NCBI GenBank assembly: GCA_039621445.1
Contig: CP154954.1
Coordinates: 39,641,816 to 39,705,815 of the forward strand
Source of the DNA: Euglena gracilis
Lineage: Eukaryota
Reading direction: 5' to 3'
Length of the DNA: 64,000 bases
The position numbers and the translations under genes are program-made. Shown piece after piece: positions 59,617 through 64,000 of the stretch (its first letter is position 1; each line of letters begins with the position of its first letter). A model generated the notes under the pieces. That model was not told the origin of the DNA and made no database searches. It saw only the letters and a list, made by a program, of their open reading frames with translations.

Positions 59617-61975
59617 CGCGCCGCGCCCCCTCCGAGGCAGCGCGCACTGGCTTCTTCAGCGCCGGCTTCTCCGGGGTGAGCTCGCCAGCATCCCGAGTGC
59701 GACCGCGGCTGTCCTCCTCCGGGCCCTCCATCGGCAGGGCACCTCCACAGGGCACCACCTGTCCTCGAGGAGTTTTCGGGGCTGCCGCCAGCTCGGCCGC
59801 CACCCGCTCATCCTGGCTCAAAAGCGCCGCAGCATCCGGCCGATGAGGGACAGGGACACCAGCAGGAGACGGGAGGGCGTACGGCTGATGCTGGAAGTGC
59901 TCGGCGTGCTCCACCGCATGCCCCCGTCGCGACGCCGCGAGCTGGGCCCGCAGGTCGGCGTTCTCCCGGCGCAGCTCCTCCAGCTGCCACTGCTGCCGCT
60001 CCATAGCCTGGCGCAGAGCCCGCATCTCTGCCAGCACAGCATCCAAGGGGGATGACGAGGGGGAAGCCGGAGCCACGAAGGGGACGATCTCGGTGACCGA
60101 CGCTTTCTTGGCCGCACGGCGAGCAGCACGACAACCTGGTGCTGGCAGTAGAGATGCCGGACATTGGCCAGGATCCGGCGGTCGTGGCGCCCGCGACGGC
60201 TGCGACGGTGGTGACTGTCGATGGTTGGTGGCGGGGGCCTGCCGCGGAGCGGAAATCTTCCGCGCACCACCCCAGGTCGACGAGGATGGCAGGCCAGGCG
60301 CTGCAGAGCTCTGCGAGGGAGCTGGCCGGGCAGTTGACGGAGTACGTGCAGTCGGCGGGCGTCGTTGTGGAGGACTGGCCGGAGACAACTGCGCACTGCA
60401 GGACCGCTGCCCCCAGCCACCATCGTCCAGGGAGGTCCGCGTTGGCTGCCCAGCCGCTTGGAAGAAGGCCACCCGGCGGAATGGCCCCGCAGCACCGAGA
60501 CGCACTTCACCCCGGAGAGGGTCCAAGCCCACCATCGCGATGAGCTCCCGCACTCGGAAGACGTCGGCGTCCGTCAGGGGGCCCAGCCTCCACCACGACG
60601 CCCCAGGCGTGGGCTGCCGCAGGGCCGCATTGGGGTCGTTCAGCACCGCGCGGACCTTCCCCTGGATGACCGCAGGGTCTGCCCCACCCCGCACGCTGAT
60701 CCGCACCGCGAGGTCCTTCTCCGCAGGGAGAAGACCGACGACACCCGGCACGTCGTGAAGGGCGTCCCACAGCGCTGCGGCATCCGCCCTCCGGCCTCGC
60801 AGGTACAGCAGGTTGAACTGCTCCCGCTGCAAGGCTGGTGCCGTCTCCTTCGTCCAGAACGGCCGAATGAACAGGCCGCCACTGCCGCTGCCGCGCATCC
60901 ACAGCAGCGCTTCCGCCCGCGGCACGACGAGGATGGCGAGGACCTAGCCACTGTGTAGGGTCTGCAGACCCTGCACGCGATGGGCCGCCCCGAACACCAC
61001 GCCCACCGCGCCAGCCAGCTTGCCCAGCGCGCGCCGCAGCTCACGCTCCGCATTCCGTTGCCGCACTGTCGGTGGCAGCTGGAACTCCACCCGCAGCAGC
61101 TCCAAGCCGCTCGGCTCCGGGTCGGGGAGTGTCCCCCGCACCCAGCGGTTGGCCACCTCCACCTCAGCCGCGGGGCGCCGCAGGTTGAGGAAGAGCAGCA
61201 CTTGACTGCGGGGCAGGAACCCCGGCTCCCACTTCTCAGGCGGCAAGCACTTCACCGTGGCGGGGATGCGTAGCACCGGCGCACGCTCAGCCAAGGCCAC
61301 CACCTCCACCTGCAAGCGGGGGTCGTCGAACAGGGCGGCAGCCTCTCCAAGCTGGGGACGCAAGGCGGCCACGTCCAAGTCGGCAGGGCACCGGTGGCGA
61401 TCCACGAGGACCGCCAAAGAGATCAGCGACGCTGGGTGTTCCACCTCGGCGCGCCGCCGCAGGGCCAAGACCAGCTCCCGCAGGTGAGGTCGCGGCGGGA
61501 TCACCAGATGGCGGGGCTCGTCGGACCATCGCTTCGTGTCGGGGCACGCCGCGACGTCCGCATCGGTCAGGTCGGCTCCCGAGGCGAAATCGCCTCGCAC
61601 CACCCAAGCCTTGTCGGACTCGTCCAGGCTTCGGAGGTCGGCTGCCAGCTGCAGCAGCCACTCCTTCGGGATGCGAGTGTCGTACACCCGCACCGGCAGC
61701 TTGTTGTCGACAGCGGCGGGAAGCGTCCAGCCAGCCGCACGCAGCTTGCCCGCCCCCTGCAGCTTCTGCAGCTGCTGCCGGTCGAGGAGGCCGGGGCGTT
61801 GCGTCGGGGGTGCGTTGCCGTTGAGCGCGTGCTGCAGCCGGTTGCGGGCCTTGTGGCTGAGGGCCCAGGCCACCGCAGTGGGGGGCAGCACAACGCAGGT
61901 GTCGTGGTCGAACGAGGCCGGGACAGGGGTACCAAGCAGTCGGAGCGTGTCGGTGGAGTCCAATTCGGTCAGCAT
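59609..61975 (-). pseudogene. LINE ORF1, unknown fold, one frameshift near 60950
   Basis: ORFs 60944..62185 (first ATG inside the element at 61975) and 59609..60925. Coiled-coil-like LAEMRALRQAMERQQWQLEELRRENADLRAQL. Stop overlaps the ORF2 start (ATGCCTGA). Confidence 0.75.
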
Positions 61976-62508
61976 CAGGAGGAGGGGCTCCGATCGAACC
62001 AAGCCGCTCACGCGGCTTCCAAACGTGGGGGTGGGGGTGGGGGTTGGTGGGTGGCTGTGCATGTGTTCGCATGTGTTTTTGATGGTGTCCACCACCATAC
62101 ATCTCCCCATTCTCAGGTGAAGAAACGGCAGATGGAGGAGGCGCATTTTGTTCCCCCACAAGAAGCAGTCACTGGACCAGACCATTGCTTAACACCTGTC
62201 CCCCCCCCCCAGGGTGGTGACTGACTGATTTTTTTTGCGGGGGGGGCAGAAATCACCCAAAAAGTGGCTGAGTGGCCAACCCCGAAGGCGCCAGAGAAAA
62301 TTTTGGCCAAGAAATGGCTTTGAAAGGCCAAAAAGTGACTGGTTTGTCTGAGTGGCCAACCTCCCCCTGGGGGGGTAAAGTGACTGAATGGCTTGGCCGA
62401 ATAAAGTGACTGACTGTTTTTTTTTGGAGTGGAAGTGACCCCCTCCCCCCCCCCAGGGGATCGCTAAGCTATGGTATGTACTGGACCTGGGTGGCTGCAG
62501 CAGGTGGA

Positions 62509-63057
62509 TTTCAAGCCCTGTTTTGAGAATTTCCAGATGTTTGGATGCTCCCCAACAAGGAGGTGCAGAACCCGCACCCCAGGGATGTATGGGAAGCCCT
62601 TCAATTTGGGTAGATGGTGGGTGGAGGGTCCCAACCCCCTGCCCCGCCCCAATGGGGAATGGTGGTTGGGTCCAGCCCCCTCTGGTTCCAAAAACATCGG
62701 ACAGTTTTCTGCCAGCGCTGCATTTCAAAATTTGCCCCCCCCCCTCATTTTTTCAGGATATTGCACATTGTCAGTGCTCTGATGTTTTCCGCAGGGGAAA
62801 AAATGGTTAAAAGTGAACATTTTTTTGTGTTTATTTTAAAGAAGAATCAAAAAAACTGTTGTTGAACATTTTTGGTTTGTCATCCGGCCTTTTGACAGTC
62901 CATATGATCCCTCCTCCTTCCATCTTCGGAGGCAGGGGGGGGGTTTGGACTCTGCCTCGGCTTCCCATACACCCCTGCTGCACCCACGGTTCTTCCCCGA
63001 GAAGGTGTGACAATGTTGTTATGCTATCAAGAGCTCTAATTTCATTGGGAGGGTGGG
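62509..63057 (+). repeat. ~550-bp interspersed direct repeat, copy 2
   Basis: Collinear with 52755-53316. Confidence 0.9.
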
Positions 63058-64000
63058 GGGCACTCGATGATAAAATGAACTTTTGCAAGGCATCACCATG
63101 TCTTTTGGGGGTGGAGAAGCATTAAGGGAGAGCATTTGTTTTATTTCTGTGAGGACCGCCCCTCTCCCCTCTCCCTCTCCCTTTCGGGCAAAGGGCCGGC
63201 TAAAGGCCTCGAACGGGGGCAAAATAGAAACATTCGAAAAACACAGTTTTTGATGATTTGGGTGGATGTCTAAGGGTGACAGGAATCAATTTTTTCCCTA
63301 CACCGAACCCCCGAATCTTTCGCAATTCACACCGTATTGTTTTGCACTTCCGGTGAATATTTTTTGCAATTTATCTCAAAAAGGTTTGCATTTTATCTCA
63401 AAAATATTTGTCTCCGTTCCGAAAATTTTTGCACACGGATCGGGTTTTTTGCACAGTTGGCTTTAAGTCTGCGTTTTAGGTGCAAGATCTCAGGACTGCA
63501 TCTAAGGCGCTGGACTTCAGGCATGAGGTCTGTGTCTTAAGGCGGAGATTCTGTCCAAAGTACTGCGCTTTGAATAATGGTTTTGTTGGAGCCCCCCGAA
63601 ATCGACGAAAATGGTTTAGAATGCGCATTGAAGCGGAGATGTCATTGCTGCAAAAGCTGGTTCACCGCAGAATTTGTGATTTCATTCCAACTTTTAACAA
63701 ATGAGTCACATTGGACCGTTTCAAGCCTTCTTGATCTGTTTTTTTTTCTTTCAAATTTAATGAAGCAGAAACAATGAAACTCCAATGCCAACACGCGGTT
63801 TTGCGAAAAATCAAAGGAGTTTTTTTTTACATTTCCAAAGGCCGAAAAATCAAAGAAAGGAGTTTTTTGACATTTCCAAAGGCTGAAAACCCAAAGAAAG
63901 GAGTTTTTTAACATTTCCAGAGGCCAATTTTGGTTTTGGACGACTTTTCGCATGCATTCATGGTTGTGAAAAATCTTGACCATCACAAATGCATTACTCA

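Larger units (their letters stand above)
54007..62022 (-). mobile_element. LINE-type non-LTR retrotransposon (ORF1; APE-RT-RNase H ORF2), ~8.0 kb
   Basis: 22-bp TSD ACGT(GGGGGT)3 at 53985-54006 and 62023-62044. GC-rich body sharply distinct from the flanks. Clade not assigned. Confidence 0.92.

Noticed and set aside
54127-62224. Long plus-strand ORFs over the LINE (e.g. 56662..58068)
   Set aside because: These are antisense shadows of a very GC-rich coding strand, with no motifs.
63058-64000. Short ORFs at the right end
   Set aside because: AT-rich, low-complexity sequence with no coding signal I can support.

Overview
Eukaryotic, gene-free window made almost entirely of nested retrotransposons and a satellite. 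I see no host gene, RNA gene or CRISPR array, and the host species cannot be determined from the sequence. From left to right: (1) a minus-strand LTR element (family C, gag-like part only) whose 5' LTR appears split by a CRE-like RT/RLE non-LTR element carrying a 2A-like motif; (2) a deleted minus-strand copy (A') of Ty3/gypsy family A; (3) a ~26-29 bp GAAGCAAGCAAATGG-core satellite, interrupted by a full-length family A chromovirus-type element (~18.4-47.75 kb); (4) a young family B chromovirus-type element (26229-39236, 4-bp TSD, ~99% identical LTRs) inserted into A and carrying an internal ~3.8 kb inversion; (5) an 8-kb APE-RT-RNase H LINE with a 22-bp TSD and a C-rich tail. The main result is that the two gypsy families each carry a different DNA methyltransferase in pol. 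Family A has a Dam/DIRS-MT-like amino (N6A-type) MTase between protease and RT. Family B has a C5-cytosine MTase ahead of the protease, hidden because the inversion breaks it at the catalytic Pro-Cys codon. Both integrases end in a chromodomain. Families A and C also have triplicated LTR-end/primer-binding-site units. All domain calls come from motif recognition by eye, not database searches.
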